The position numbers and the translations under genes are program-made. Positions 48,218-62,759 of a stretch of DNA of 64,000 bases are shown piece by piece. The notes under the pieces are model-generated. The model did no database searches, was not told where the DNA came from, and was given only the letters and a program-made list of their open reading frames with translations. Origin of the DNA: Lytechinus pictus. Lineage: Eukaryota. The stretch covers positions 18,786,001 through 18,850,000 of the forward strand of contig NC_087249.1 of NCBI RefSeq assembly GCF_037042905.1, written 5' to 3'. Position 1 is the stretch's first letter. Each line of letters opens with the position of its first letter.

Positions 48218-50625
48218 ATCTACGCTTTCTTGCTTATGTTTTGTATATATTGGATTATCACCAGAGGCATTGTTCATATCAGAATGCACTGATCTGTTAA
48301 TGCCCATTGCACATAGGTAATATGAATTTTATATCCTCTGTGTGTATGCTTGCATTCTTTGAAAGCAATTGTTTTTACCAACAATATTTCAAAGGAATTC
48401 CCACACCTTCCTCTGCTTTGTCAAGTTAGACAAGTAGCATTTGAAGTTACATTATTGGCAAAGGATTCTTCTTGGGCATTGATTAGTGGAGGACATAATG
48501 TAAATTCTAATGATTTATGGTATTAATTGATAGAGTGTAATTATGTTGAAATTTGTAGGGTCATCAAATTTCTTTTAAACAACCGAATAGATGTCGTGCA
48601 AACTCCTCTTTAAAAAAAAAGTATACATGTATTGTTTATTTATTGTAGTTTTGTGACTTGGTGGTGAATAAAGAGGCTCTCCACATCGCTCTTTATACTC
48701 CATCATCATCTATAGAGTGATTTCAGAAGGGCTGTAATAAGAGTGTATGGAAGAACCTCTAAACGTGCATTTACAATGATCAAGTTCTTTGGGCGAGGAT
48801 CAGCATTTTGAAATATGTTTACTGGTAGTTCATATATGGATACATCCTTGAGCCTTGGAACATTTTGTCTAAACACTGATCTGGGCCCCATAACACAAAG
48901 GTTAGCGATATTAATCCGATCGCCAATTTGAAATAACAATTCTTATTGGTTCCTAGTCAATGTACTGAGCGAAATGCACATGCAACGATGGTGTTAATAG
49001 GCCATTTCATTTAGTGATTAATCGCTTGCCTTTGCGGGCCCTGGATTGGTTGTAAATGAAACAAATCTAATCGCTTTCACATTTGAGCTAAATATTAAAA
49101 AAAAAACAATCAAATTGCCTTGAAATATAGGCATGAATGTAGCCTTGCTAATGACCTTCTGACTTAAAAATCAAGTAAGATATCTCATCTAAGAAATAGA
49201 TATTTTCTCTATCATTTTACAGTACGCGTGAACCTAATACACGCACTTGTAGTTTAAGGTCGAGGCCATCTCAACATTAAGATGATTTGAATAACTAGAG
49301 AAAACTCAATCATTACACATCACAGAATGCAGTGATTGTACAAATAAAGTGAACCCATTTACATTGCAGTATTGTGTCTAAGAGTCCTATCCTTGAAATA
49401 ACCGCAAAATCGGACTTGAAAGGAGAAAATTACCCCCCCCCCTTCCAGTAAAGGATTAGATATGCTTCAGGTATATGTTTAATCGATATTCATTTTTTTA
49501 TGTATTCTTGTGATTTAGAATGTTAAGCTCTTATTTATTTCAAGTCATTGTTAATAACTCTTATGGTACGACTGTAATTGAAATTAGGCAAACTAATTAA
49601 TATGGGTTTGTTTGGACAGGAGCCAAAAGACAGAACTTATGTAACAATTTAGGTGTGATCAGTAAGTCTTACATGAGAGACACTTGAAACAAATAATAAA
49701 ATCAAATGCATTGTTCAAATTTTAAAAAGAAACAAGCAGTGGTCAGTATTGTACTTATAACTGAAATAATTTTGATAATGTCATATTATTGTAAATTAAT
49801 ATTTTCTTTTGTAAGCATTGAACCCTATCCATTTCTTCCACTCATTCATTGGAAGTAAAAATTAATATTTGAAATATACTGTAATAAATGCCAAATTAAA
49901 GTGTCTTCCCACAACAATGTAAAGAGGATTTATTGTGAACAAGTTACAAGAATGTATTTAGCTTTTAGTAGTGAGGCATAGCCAATTAGCCACATTGCAG
50001 TATATGTTTGTTTTGAAGTAAATTTGTCTTTTATACTGTGAGCATTTTTCTTATCAGAAATTTAAAAAAGCGACACAAATATCATGTTCTGTAATATTTG
50101 TCATTACATTTTTCTATAATCTGAAAAAAAATGTCTAGATATTTTATGAAAAGGATTGTCTCAAAATGTTGACTGATGATATTTATATTTTGTCTTAACA
50201 GTTTTGAACTCCCAAACCACAAGAGGTTGCACTGTATAAAGATTCTTTGTAATATGGTCAAATACATGTAGTTTAAACTGCACTATGAAACTGAGGATTA
50301 AAATATCTTAACAATGTTAAGCAAATCTTCACCTGCCTACTGTCAAAATATGCCATGAAAAGCATTTGTATTCCAATGGTCTATATTAAAGTACTTCTCA
50401 GATAGTTTAATACCACATGGGTCATTTGGTCCACTATTAATTTGGTCTAATTGTCGTTTAGTCTAATTCTCAAATGGTTAATTTAATTTAATCATAAAGA
50501 CTAGTTAGAACAAGTGGGTTATAGACAAAATTGAGAATGGGCTAAATGGCACTTTGACTAAGTGGTTAGGAAATGAACTGGTTACAATAGAGGAAATGGG
50601 TTTAGACCAAGTGGGATCAGATCTG

Positions 50626-50896
50626 GGGCCCGTCTTACAAAGAGTTGCGATTGATCCGATCAATCTCAAGTAAATGGAAATCCATGAATGTCATAATTTT
50701 TTCTCTAGGAAATTTGCTCATTCTCCTTTGAAAATCAAAGAGTAGCACCTTGAATTATCAAGAAAATAGTGAATATATGAATTAACCTCATTTCTGCAAA
50801 ATATTTGAACAAACATATAATTTTAGATGTTGACGTTGCTGGCTTTCCATAGTTGCGATTGATCGGATCGATCGTAACTCTTTGTAAGATGGGCCC
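50626..50896. mobile_element. PIF/Harbinger-like MITE (CTG TSD); relatives at about 48881-49044 and 58259-58537
   Basis: CTG|GGGCCCGTCTTACAAAGAGTT...AACTCTTTGTAAGATGGGCCC|CTG. Confidence 0.75.
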
Positions 50897-52739
50897 CTGA
50901 TGAAATGTAGGCCATTAAAGTGATTAAATTTACCCATGAAAACGTACCAATGGTCATTTATGAACTTAGAATGGTTTGAGTCACCTTTGAAAAGACCACT
51001 TTGGCAGAAGAGAATATCATATCTGTACAAATAAGGCAGTAAACGCAAATCAAACTTCCCAGCATTTATTCTACACACACCAGAGCAGGTGCATTATTTG
51101 TTTTATCAAATAGTTGCCCAGAACACAGGTCTTCAAAGGGTCTTATAGTTTATTTTTTTGGTATTCTGTCTGCTGGAGCATGCATGTCACTTTCCGGGGC
51201 ACACCTGTTTGCAATGTACAAATTAATTTGAATGTCCAGTGTTTCAACAATTTGCAATGCTCAAGATAATATGCCTTATATAATTAATAATGCACCTCTT
51301 GCTGGTTTTACTTCCAGTTTGCACAGTAATGATAAAGCATATTGATGCACTGTGCATTCAAGCAGAACTTAATTTTCATCTAACTGGAATTTACCTTTGC
51401 AAGAGATAGCCGTTTCATTACTGATTCACGAGTAAGGATTTTACTTTAATATTATTGTTGATTTGCCTGATATGAAATGTTCTGATTCACTTTTTCTGGA
51501 AAATAGGATTTTGGACGATATTTCTCATTGTATATTTAAGTTTTATTTACTGTTGGCCTATGGAATATTTATTGTAATTTAGGGAACTGTAAATTAAATT
51601 AATGATGAAATTATATTGACATTTTGTTTCATTGCTTTCCTCTAATAATATGAAAATATCAAATCATGGAAGTTTTTGCATGGTTTTTGTATTCAATATG
51701 AAATAAAGTAGTGAAATCCTCAATATTTTGGAGCCCTTGTACGTGTATGTAGAGTGCTTAAGTGAAGTGGATCAGCACATATTTTTGTTTTGTGTGTGTC
51801 TGTGTCACAACATATTTATGATCATATTTTTTGGTAGCAAATGATGACACCAAATTTGACATAAGGCATGGGGACCTATTACAGGCATGGTTCAGAACTA
51901 TTCTTGTAACCAGGCCAAAATACACCAGTTTCATTGGGACCAAGTACTTGTAGGTATGCTTGTGGCATATCCCTGGGCCCAGGCCCCCAGGAACCAGTTC
52001 CTACCAAATATGGGACATTGGTTGTTTTCTCATGCCAAAATGTGATGTCCAAAGCACAGAAATATAAAAGAAAAGTGTTCTAGAGCATCATCGTTTGAAT
52101 ACTCTATTTAAAGGACTTTCACAATTAGTTGTGCAACCATTTGCTACAATGCTACCATTCACCTGTATATTTTGTACATGATCACAACCATCGCAAATAG
52201 TTGCACGACAGATTGCGAGACCCCCTTTAGAATCAATAAACACATACAGTATTTATTATATTTGTGTTGATGAGATCATGTTAGTTTCATGTTACATTTA
52301 CATTTGCCAATGTTGAAAACATCCCCTTTCATTTCATTTTTTAAGGCTATACATGTTGTATTTATAATCATGGAACCAACAATTTTGAAGAAAAACGTTC
52401 AAATGCAAATTTGTCAGTCGTGACTGTCTAACTTATCTTTGTATATTGTACAGAGTACTTATTGAAATTCTTATGAGGTTTTAAAATTACAACTTTGACA
52501 ACTAAGATTACCCAACTTCACTGCATTCATGTCTCATTATTTGTTGTTTGAAATGATTTGTACGCAATATATATGGAGTTGTATGTAAGAACCATAGTCA
52601 TATGAAACAATAGGGGGTCAAATTGACCCCCACCGCCATTAAAGTAGACGTATAGTCCACCCAGCAAAACGTTTATTGTTCCAAATAAAAAGAGGAAAAA
52701 TCAAACAAGCATAATTAAATTTAATCAAAATCAGATTAA

Positions 52740-53343
52740 AGGTCCACCTCAGAAAAATGTTGATTTAAATCAATAGGGAAAATCAGACAAGCATAATGCT
52801 GAAAATTTCATCAAAATGGGATGTAAAATAAGAAAGCTATGACATTTTAAAGTTTCGCTTATTTTTCACAAAATAGTTATATGCACAGTTTAGTCACATG
52901 CAAATAAGAGAATCGATGATGTCCCTCACGCACTATTTCTTTAGTTTTTTATTGTTTGAATTACGGTATACAATATTTCAATTTTTACAGATTTGACAGT
53001 AAAGATCAACTTGACTGAACAGTATATGTTTAACAATGGTAATTCCACATGTTCAGGGAGAAATATTTGTTTCACAGGACAATGAGGAGAAAACAATATT
53101 TCATGTTTCATATAATAAAATACAAGAGAAATAAAGAGTGATGTCATCAGTTCCCTCATTTGCATACCGACCGGGATGTGCATACATTGTATTTTGTAAA
53201 ACTAAGCGAAACATTAAAAATGTTTTATCTTTCTTATTTTACATCCGATTTTGATGAAATTTTCAGTGTTATGCGTGGCTTTTTTTAATTTTAATTTTTC
53301 TCTTTTAATTCAAATCAACTTTTTGTTGGGGTGAACTTGTCCT
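52740..53343. mobile_element. Kolobok-like MITE, nested among further relics of the family (about 52640-54063)
   Basis: TTAA|AGGTCCACC... and ...GGGGTGAACTTGTCCT|TTA; interior homologous to 6322-6905. Confidence 0.7.
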
Positions 53344-55880
53344 TTAGATATAAAAATTTCATGACTATTTCAAGTTTTGCTTATTTTTTTACGAAATAGT
53401 TATATGCAAAACACAGTGACATGCAAATGTCATCTCTGACTTACCACCACTTATTTCATTTCTTTACAGTATGAGTCATAGAATATTGATTTTTGTAGAG
53501 CCGACGGTATTGAACCTATTCATACGTTACAATAAAGACAACTCCACGTGTTCATGGAGAAATGAACCTTATTTAACATTCTGGTAAAGAAAAAATGCAA
53601 TATTCCATATAATAGATTGAAAAAGAAAACGTGAGTGGGCGACATCATCAGTTACCTTATTTACATATTAATCAGGATATTCATGTTCTAGTAATTTTTT
53701 TGGGTGATATTCTGCAAAACTTTTAATGTCTTCATCCTGACGAGACGTTTGTTGTAATAAAAGCAGAGAAATTAGAGGGGAAAAATGTAAAGGTTTGATT
53801 AAACCCATCAAAGAATAAGACAAAATCACAAAATTTCAATTCTTTTTTATTTGTGATGTCTTATGCGAGCCATTCCCCCATTATGTCATGTACATGCAAT
53901 ATACATTCCATCAATTTAAAAAAATGATGTGTCTGATATATTCCACCCTATTAAATAAAATCACTTTCAGTTTCTAAAAAAATGACATTTTGGGGAACTT
54001 TTCTTTCATTTTTTTTCCTGCTCTAATTCACACCAACTTTTTGTCAGAGGGATCTTCCCCTTTAACTTATGGTTAATGGCGTCTCAAGGAAAACATAAGA
54101 ATTGGATAGGAATATCAACTCTCATTTTGACAACTGATCATGAAATAATTTGAAGAGAATCTGATGCAATGACAACCCCCAAGTGTTTGTATCTGTTCAC
54201 CAGAATTAATCTTTGGCCAATCGCTTGAAAGGATCTTGCAAGGACGGTCTTTCATGTCACCACTCATGAGACACCGTACAAGCCTTTTGATCAACTTCTT
54301 TGCAAAAAATCCATAATTTATAAAAGTGAATGAAAACCATCGTTTACAAATAAATTTCATGCCATTATGAAAATATTATTTTAAAAGAAAACTGAATGAT
54401 TTTAAAACTTGATTCTAACTTAAATTTACAACTGATTCATCATAATAAAGTTGGAGAGAAAAAGGATTTGAGATCCTCATCAAATGTATGGAGGCCTTAC
54501 ATGGATATCTTCATATTGCTCATCAATGTGATGTAAATGAGCTATACTTTTCAGTTGCCACAAAACCAAAAATTAAAGAGAATTACAGGATAATATTGCT
54601 GTACAGCATCCCACTATGAGCTTTCTTTTTTGGGCCACGACATCAGCCAATACTATTTTACTAGTTTTGAGATCCAAAGATATTAGAGAGAACATTATCA
54701 CTAATAAATCACACCACATCAAATTAGCATTAAATTAGTATTATATTATACTCATCAATGTAATGTGATCATGTTAGCAATAAAACTTTCTGATGGGAAA
54801 ACGCAACAGTTACTAAAATATTTCAGAGATTTTTTTTACCTCTGATACACGGCATATATGTCTCATTATCTATTTGTTTTTAAATTAAAGTGCAAATATA
54901 TAATACTGGAAAACAATAAATTTGAAAATAACACAAGAAAATTTATATACTTTTATTTATTACACAGTATCAATCAAAATTGTAAAACATAACTAGGCAA
55001 TTTTGAGACAAAGTTCCCTGGTAACTTCAAGTTCTGCAGAAATATAAATATCTTATTTTATCAATACAGGATTATTTTTTGTTGATATCCTCATATCATT
55101 GATCAAATTAAATGTGCCTCCTCAACATAACCTGTCCGTGTTTGACACAAACAAAAAGTACTCTGTGAATGTGAAGTGTGGAATTTCGTCAGAAAAAATT
55201 TAACCAGAAATCTTGTCAGCTTCATTCTCTACAGTCACTTTATTCTTCTTCTGTACTCTACACAAAACCACCAGTATCATCATCCTACGATCTCTTTATA
55301 GTAGAAACTGAATGTCATATGGGTCCAAGTAGCATAGAGCTTAGAAACTGTTTGTGGGATTGCTTTATGGGGTTGATTGCACCGATTACTGTGAGTGATC
55401 TATCACAGTTATCTGCCCCACTATCAATCACTAAGCTTTATATTACAGGGCCCTGTTCACTCTGTTTTGAGTTTTCATGGTGTTTAAAATGGCAATTTGC
55501 TAAAACCAGGCGCTGTCATAATCCATGGAATCCCTCTGATATCGCTGCATCTACGAGACTGACTCGGGGGGACTGAACCTCGGAATCGGATCACAGACAT
55601 TCCTTTGCTTGACTCAGGCAATGTCCGAACAGGGATGACTAGGTGATGATTTTTCCATAGGGGGGGGGGGGGCGGCGAGCACAAGATAACAAATGCACAG
55701 CATCTATGGGATAATAGATGCTTGATTCGCCCCTGGGTGAGAAGACAGCACCTATTGCTGCATTAACACTGCATAGAAATCAAATCCCTCCATAAAAGCT
55801 TACACTGGGAAGTCTTTATTGGCATTGTCTATCTCAGCTCGGAGTTCCAAATCCTCTCATCCATGGGACTACAAAGGTCC

Positions 55881-58800
55881 TCAATACCAGTAAGTCTTGC
55901 CACGTTTCCTTGTTTCTTTGATATCATATGCTTCCATGAGCTCCTCTTCGACCGTCTTCAATGAGGGTTCAAATGTTCTTTTACACACGTCCTCTGCAAC
56001 AGAGTCTTTGGGTTGCTCTGAAATTCAAGAATACAAAATGGATATAGTTTGATCATCATGGTAATCTGCCACTTGGTTTACTCTACAGTCTACACCAAAT
56101 TTGTCTAATTACCGTTTGCTATTAACTCATCAGGTGGGGGTTTCATAGAGCTGTTCATAAGTCAAGCGCGACAAGCGACTTTATGAATGATAGGTGATGC
56201 GTTCTTGGACATTAAATTAACACCAATGAAAATTTGGTGTACATCATTTAGCAAATTAGTCATAAGAGCGTTGAGAGTGTTGTTGGCTCAGTCCGTAACG
56301 CGTCTGCCCGTCAAACCAAAGATTGTGGGTTCGAGTCCACCCCGAGGCGGATGACTGAATCCAGTGCGTTGTCTGTAAACGTCTCTCCCATGTTTCATAG
56401 ATGCAGGCTATGTTACAATCGAAAACAATCCATCCCTCGGATAGGATGTTAAATGGAGGCCCTGTGTAGAGGAGAGTCACCACCTTTGCACGTTAAGAAC
56501 CCACTGCACTATTCGTATAAGAGTAGGAGGAAACCCCGGTGTAGTGGTCCACCTGCACTCCCCCCCAATCAGTTATATCAGGAGAAGAGACCTGCGGGTC
56601 ATAGTGATTCAGTTCGCTTTTCGCCTCCCAGGCACAGGTGACACCAAACAAATAATAATGATAATAATAAATAACTTACAGAGACCTTTATGAAACACCT
56701 ACCTGGACAACAACCAGATTGTGTACCTACCATTTGGTCCAACTGTCACTTACTAGTATAATATAGTAATATAGTATGGACTGTTTTCATCTAATACTGG
56801 TTCCTACTTTGTCTAATATAAACTTGGTCTATCTGATTAGATGAGCTGTTGATGAACCAAATCAGTAGCGTACGCAGGGGATGGTTACAGGGGTTCAACC
56901 CCCCCCCCCCCTTTAATTTTTTTGTGCTACCCAAAACCCCTCCCTAAGATTTCAACCCCCCCCCTAATAAAAAAATTCAAAAACTTTATTCATTTTTTGT
57001 TTGCTTTTCAAATTTTCGGTCGTACAAAACGACTTAAAATTTGTAGTGAAGACCTGGTTACAGGGGTTCGACCCCCCCTTTAATTTGCTTGCTACCCAAA
57101 ACCCCTCCCTAAGATTTTGTAGTGAAGACCTTTTTGTTTTTTTTGGGGGGGGGCTTGTCAATATTTCATTCAGCTTGAAAACCCTCCCCTTTTAAAAATC
57201 CATATGCTACTGAACCAAATATTCATTTGGTCTTCAACCAATTGCCTGCAAACCATTTGGCCTACTTGCCATTTGGCCCATCAACCATTTTTTTTTTCTT
57301 CCAAAATTAGGCAATTCCCATTTCATCTAATATCCATTTAATCTATTCAGCATTTAGTCTATATGATTACAAAAAAAAATGATCATGAATCCAAATTTCA
57401 TTTGACAAAGCACAAAAAAGTGGAAATTGGAAAATATGGGTAATAGACTACCTGAATGTAAATGATAATTAGACTAAGTGGGCATCAGACTAGGTGTAGT
57501 GTTAGAACAAATTGATAGCAAAACAAATGGGTTTAGCCCATGTGGTATTAGAGTCCAGGGATTACAAACTAGTAAAACATCTTCAGAATTTCTAGGGATA
57601 AAATAAAGGAATTTGGATGGAAAAACACTGTTTTCAAATTTTCTGTCATGGACATGTGCTATAATTATGATTTGGGGTAAAAAAGTATTTTCCATGAAAC
57701 ATGCAGCATTTACATTAAAATACAGCATAAAATCTGCCAAAAATGAACAGTTGGAATAACTGAAAGTAGACCAAGTGAGACCAAGAGTATTGTATATAAA
57801 CCGGGGTACTTTGGCATACGTTGTTTCCCTATAACAATACAATAAGGACACAATGAAAGTGTTTCCTTGTTCTTACCGACATAGCTTTCCTTGCTCTTGT
57901 AATCTCTGGAATCAGAGTCTACTATTGGTATGGGGATGATTCTCCCCGTCCGTCTGGAAACCCGTACCTTCTCTCCTGCTTCCGTGTACCGGAAATCAAT
58001 GTCCGTTGGTTTGCTAGTAATAAGCACAGTTAAACATTATCAGCTAAGCTTTGAGCAATTATCATCACCAATCACATATATTGTCTTGCCAATCACATAC
58101 ACGTAGTTAAATAAACACAGAATGTGTTAAAATGCCAGCATGAAATGACAAGGAAAAAATTGAGAATTAAATTAGCTTCAAAGAATTATTTGATTTATGT
58201 TATCTTTGTCATGAAAACTTATAACATAAAACCCAGCATTCCAAAGACATCAGACATCTGGGTCCTGCCTTACAAAGAGTTGTGATCAATCCAATCCACC
58301 CAAACTATATAGAAATCCTTCATTATTGTCATAATTCTTCTTTCAGAAAATTTGCACAATGTCCTTTGTATTAAAGTCGAGCACACTGAATTGTCAAAAG
58401 AATGATGTATAAATAAATATATAAGTATACGTCATGTTTTTTAAAACAAAAATGCATTTTAGATGTGCTGGCATTGCAGGCTTTCCATAGTTGTGGTTGA
58501 TTGACTCCATTACCATTCTTTGTAAGATAAGGCCCTGATTCCTGTCTTAAAAACAAAACCATGATTTACTTACACAGGTAAGATATACCTCCAGGGGGGG
58601 GATATAATAATTTTTTTACCAGGGCTACCTTTTGAGCTCACAGCCCAAATTTTGCTACATTAGATAAGAGTTTATACTAAACCCTATGGGAATTTCAGGA
58701 GCTTTTTATTAGTTTTCCCGGGCTTTGTAATGCATTTCAGGGATGGATTTGCCAGAGCCCCCATGTAAATTTGTTTCCCTATAGCATTCAAGATCTTCAG

Positions 58801-60818
58801 TCCTCATATTTTATATCTTTAAGGACCAAGAATTATTAAAACTGAGGATTTGGAAATAAACACTTAGTATGAAAAAGTATTTCTGAACTCACTTGTCTGA
58901 AGGGTCCACAAGTGCAACTTCCCTAACATCCAAGGGTCCTTCACTTTTGACCATTGTCCCAGAGTATCCTGGCATTCTCCCTATCCTCCTATAATGCTGG
59001 AAAATTCATCGCGAACAAGAAATTGGCAACAAATTCTATCAACTTGCTTCAAGTCAGATCTAAGGTGAAGAGTTAAACTGGAAGATCCCATTCTGTACAA
59101 GATGTCCACCAGTTGTGTGGAAAATCAAGTGTTTGTAACCTTACATGTAAGAAATATACAAGGTGCAATATGGGTTGGACAGAGGTTGGAACACTAACAC
59201 TTGTTCATAATCATTGCAAAAACATCTCTAAACACTTTACATTTACATTAAAAAATGAAAATTCTGATATACTTACACAATTCAAGCCTTCAACGATGAC
59301 CCAATTTCTCTGCTTAACAATATCTAGGACAAGTCCAAGTTTGCTTGTATCTCTCCCCTTCAAGACCTGAACCTAAACAGGCAAGACAAGATAGATGGGA
59401 TGAATAAAAGTAGCATTATTGTATGTATACCCATCCCCCTGCCCCACCCATTGAATGAAAATAATCAGACACAGTCACGTCATTTGATTATAATTTACAC
59501 AGACATAAGCAACCCAAAACAACAGAGAATCCATATAAAAAAATAAAACATGGCTACTCAACCGTTTTTACTATTGTCCTTGCGGACTGTGAGTTTAAGT
59601 CGAGTGAAGACCTCTGTCAAAGAACGCTCACTCGGGAGTGTCCGCTATCAAATTTGCAAGATCTAATGGGGCTTGTTTTAGCTGTTGTAAGCCAATGTAT
59701 GAAGGGTAAATTGCCAATTCGTCCATTTGGTCTAATGCCATTCCGTCCATCAACATTTCGTCTAACAACCATTTGGTCCAATAACCATTTGTTCCAATCA
59801 TCACTTCATCTAATCACCAGTTGGTCTATGACCATTTCGTCTCATAACCAGTTGGTCTAATATTCGTTTTATTTTCATTCACTATGCCCAATTAACACAG
59901 TCTAATTAGATCAAATGGTATAAGGACTAATTGGCGATTGGACCAACTGGTTATTAGACGAAATGGTGAGTGGACGAAATGGCAATTAGACCATGTTGAT
60001 ATTGGACGAATTGTTGGTAGACCAAATGATAGTAGACGAGTTGGCAATTGGACGAACTGTGGCATTGGACCAAATGAAAATAAACCTGCACAAAGGCTAT
60101 GGCCAGCAACTTTCTTTATCCCATTTCTTGATACTAAGAAGAATCTTCTGTTAACAGCACAGTGATTATGTTGATGTAAAATTTCAATTTTTGATATTTC
60201 AGGTTGTTAAACAAATTGCAATTCTTTACATTACAAAAATGACATTCTTGAGATCAAAAAGTGGGGAATGCAGAAGAAAAAGGCTTGCTACAAAGTATGT
60301 CAGCATATGCTGGTCAAAACATCTATGTCTGACAGCTACTTTATCACTAATATTTTGCAAGAGAAGAAACATTTCCTTTATAAACTTCAGCATTTTTTTA
60401 TTCATAGCTTCACCCCTCCCCCCCAAAAAAAAAATCAAACATGATGTTTTTAAATAAAGTTGGCGGAGTACAAGACAAGACAAGACATGACTCTGCTGAT
60501 GTCAGTCTACATTTATATATGTAGGCAAAAGAGAGAAACACTGTTATCTTTTACAGAAAATGTTTAATCTTGTCACTTCTTTAGTTTTCAAAATGCGTCA
60601 CATTTTAGGATATCTATACTTACCAAGTCACCTCTAAAGATCTTCCATTCGTTGATTGGTTCCACCTGGACCTTAGGACGATCCCTCCCGGGAAGGTTCT
60701 GTATCTGGGCCTGGATGGTCCAGGGCCTTGACATGGTATAGCGGTAGTGTCGATTGACCTTCTTCCAGGCAGGGATCTGCTTCCTTGCCATGAGCAGGAG
60801 ATCCGTCAGGCGCACCAT
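55881..60818 (-). CDS. MRPL24: Mitochondrial ribosomal protein L24 (uL24m), 222 aa, 5 coding exons
   Basis: Exons (minus) 60624-60818, 59277-59372, 58893-58996, 57877-58013, 55881-56017 join in frame (669 nt). KOW region [40 protein letters not shown] and terminal TYWY. An acceptor at 60841 implies an unidentified upstream non-coding exon. Confidence 0.96.
56270..56673 (+). mobile_element. tRNA-derived SINE with a Deu/Nin-type conserved central domain
   Basis: A box TGGCTCAGT, B box GGTTCGAGTCC, central GGATGTTAAATGGAGGCCCTGT...GCACGTTAAGAACCCACTGCACTATTCG..AAGAGTAGG resembling the Deu domain, and an (AAT)n tail. Confidence 0.8.
59705..60085. repeat. Palindromic element built from ~20 bp TTGGTCTA/TAGACCAA subrepeats; relics at about 50420-50620 and 57210-57570
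   Basis: The left half repeats CATTTGGTCTAA-like units and the right half their inverse (TTAGACCA.ATGG). Confidence 0.6.
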
Positions 60819-61199
60819 GGTAATTTGCTGCGTTTAGAATCTGGATGGTTTTCAGAGAGAAATTGTGACAAATTATGGAATTTTATTTTGAATCTGTTCT
60901 CAGGCAATCACAATTGAGTTCATAACGGAAGGTATATAAAATATGTTTTTACTTGTTAGCACCTAAAAACAACTTTAAATGTTCCTGATCGTCCATTCAG
61001 TAATCAGATATAAAAAACTTATACGACACCATGTGCATAATCTCTCAAATAAAGAAAAGGAGAGGATAAAGACAAGAAGAAATTTAGAGACAAAAAAGAA
61101 GGAAGGAAGAAAAATGACGAAAAAGAAAAAAAAATGAGAAAAAAGAGCAAAAGGCAAAAGAGAAGAATGAAAAAGGGAAGAAAGAAAAAAAAAACCGAC

Positions 61200-61988
61200 A
61201 AACAAGTGGAATGCCTCTGGCCGTCTCACCTGCATCACGCGATTCAATATAGCAGCAGTGCTGATTTTGAAAACTACTATAACTCGCACAAGATGTTCAG
61301 TGATACTTGGTTACTCTTATTTCCACGTTTTATGAACTAGACCAATACACTTTCAAATTTATGGCTGTAATTCAACAAATACCCCAATTTGGCCAAAGTT
61401 CATTGACCCTAAATGACCTTTGACCTTGATCATGTGACCTTAAACTTGCACAGGATGTTCAGTAATACTTGATTACTATTATGTCCAAGTTTCATGAATC
61501 AGATCCATAAACTTTCAAAGTTATGATGGTAATTCAACAGATACCCCCATTCGGCCAAAGTTCATTGACCCTAAATGACCTTTGACCTTGGTCATGTGAT
61601 GTGAAACTCATGCAGGATGTTCAGTGATACTTGATTAACCTTATGTATAAGTTTCATGAACTAGGTCCATATATTTTCTAAGTTATGATGACATTTCAAA
61701 AACTTAACCTTAGGTTAAGATTTTGATGTTGATTCCCCCAACATGGTCTAAGTTCATTGACCCTAAATGACCTTTGACCTTGGTCATGTGACATGATACT
61801 CAGGCAGGATGTTAAGTAATACTTGATTAACCTTATGGCCAAGTTTCATGAACTAGGTCCATATACTTTCTAAGTTATGCTGTCATTTCAAAAACTTAAC
61901 CTCAGGTTAAGATTTGGTGTTGACGCCGCCGCCGCCGTCGGAAAAGCGGCGCCTATAGTCTCACTCTGCTATGCAGGTGAGACAAAAA
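61200..61988 (-). mobile_element. Second, near-identical HINE-like copy with three internal repeats
   Basis: Reverse complement of 41608-42575 with very few differences; it lacks one ~162 bp unit and has a shorter (GGC)n tract. Confidence 0.8.
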
Positions 61989-62759
61989 TGAAAAGAAGGT
62001 AGAGGAACAAAATAAGAAGAATAAAAAAAGGGGAAAAAGAACAAGGAAATAGAATAGAATAGAAGAAAAGAATGAAGGAGAAAGAAAGAATTAAGCAAAT
62101 AATTCAAACGAAAATAACTTATTTCTTTCAAAGAAAAAACCAAACCCGTTGCTAAAATAGTCATCTTGACTGGTTACCAGACAAACCAAACGAAGGAAGA
62201 AGCAAGAAGAATTTACGGAACTAGACTCATGAATATTAACAACATCTTTCTCCGATGCATCAAATAATAGCCTTTTGTCAGGGCCTTCTGTTGTATTTTC
62301 TATATGGACTTTAGTGGTATTGGCAAGATCTGATGATAACATGAACGTACTAAAATCGCGTAATATTATTTTTCAATTTCTTATAAGTATGCTTTTATTC
62401 TCTTACATTTTTTCTTTTCTCTTTTTTTTCTGTTTTTGTCCGTTTGGTGATAAAAATTGATTTATCTTGTGTGCCTCGTCTAAAGGCTATATCGATCCTT
62501 AATTGCTTCCTGTATGAACTACTTTTAACGCACACCAGCTAATTTTTCCGACGTTTTTGCCTAGTTTTGAGGAACGGCTATAGTGCGGCTAAATTTATGA
62601 GTATATAGATTTCCTTTGTTACATTTTCTTTCCAATTTTATTCTTTTAAGTGTGATTACAGATAAGCCTGAGTCTAATCGATTTTAAAATCAGTGTTCGA
62701 TCGATGTCTTCGAGCGCCGGTGCAGATTTTGCAAAATCGGTGCATCGAAAAAAAGAATA

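Noticed and set aside
47629-48307. Antisense ORFs of 69 and 148 aa
   Set aside because: Shadow frames of the GC-rich Pygopus exon.
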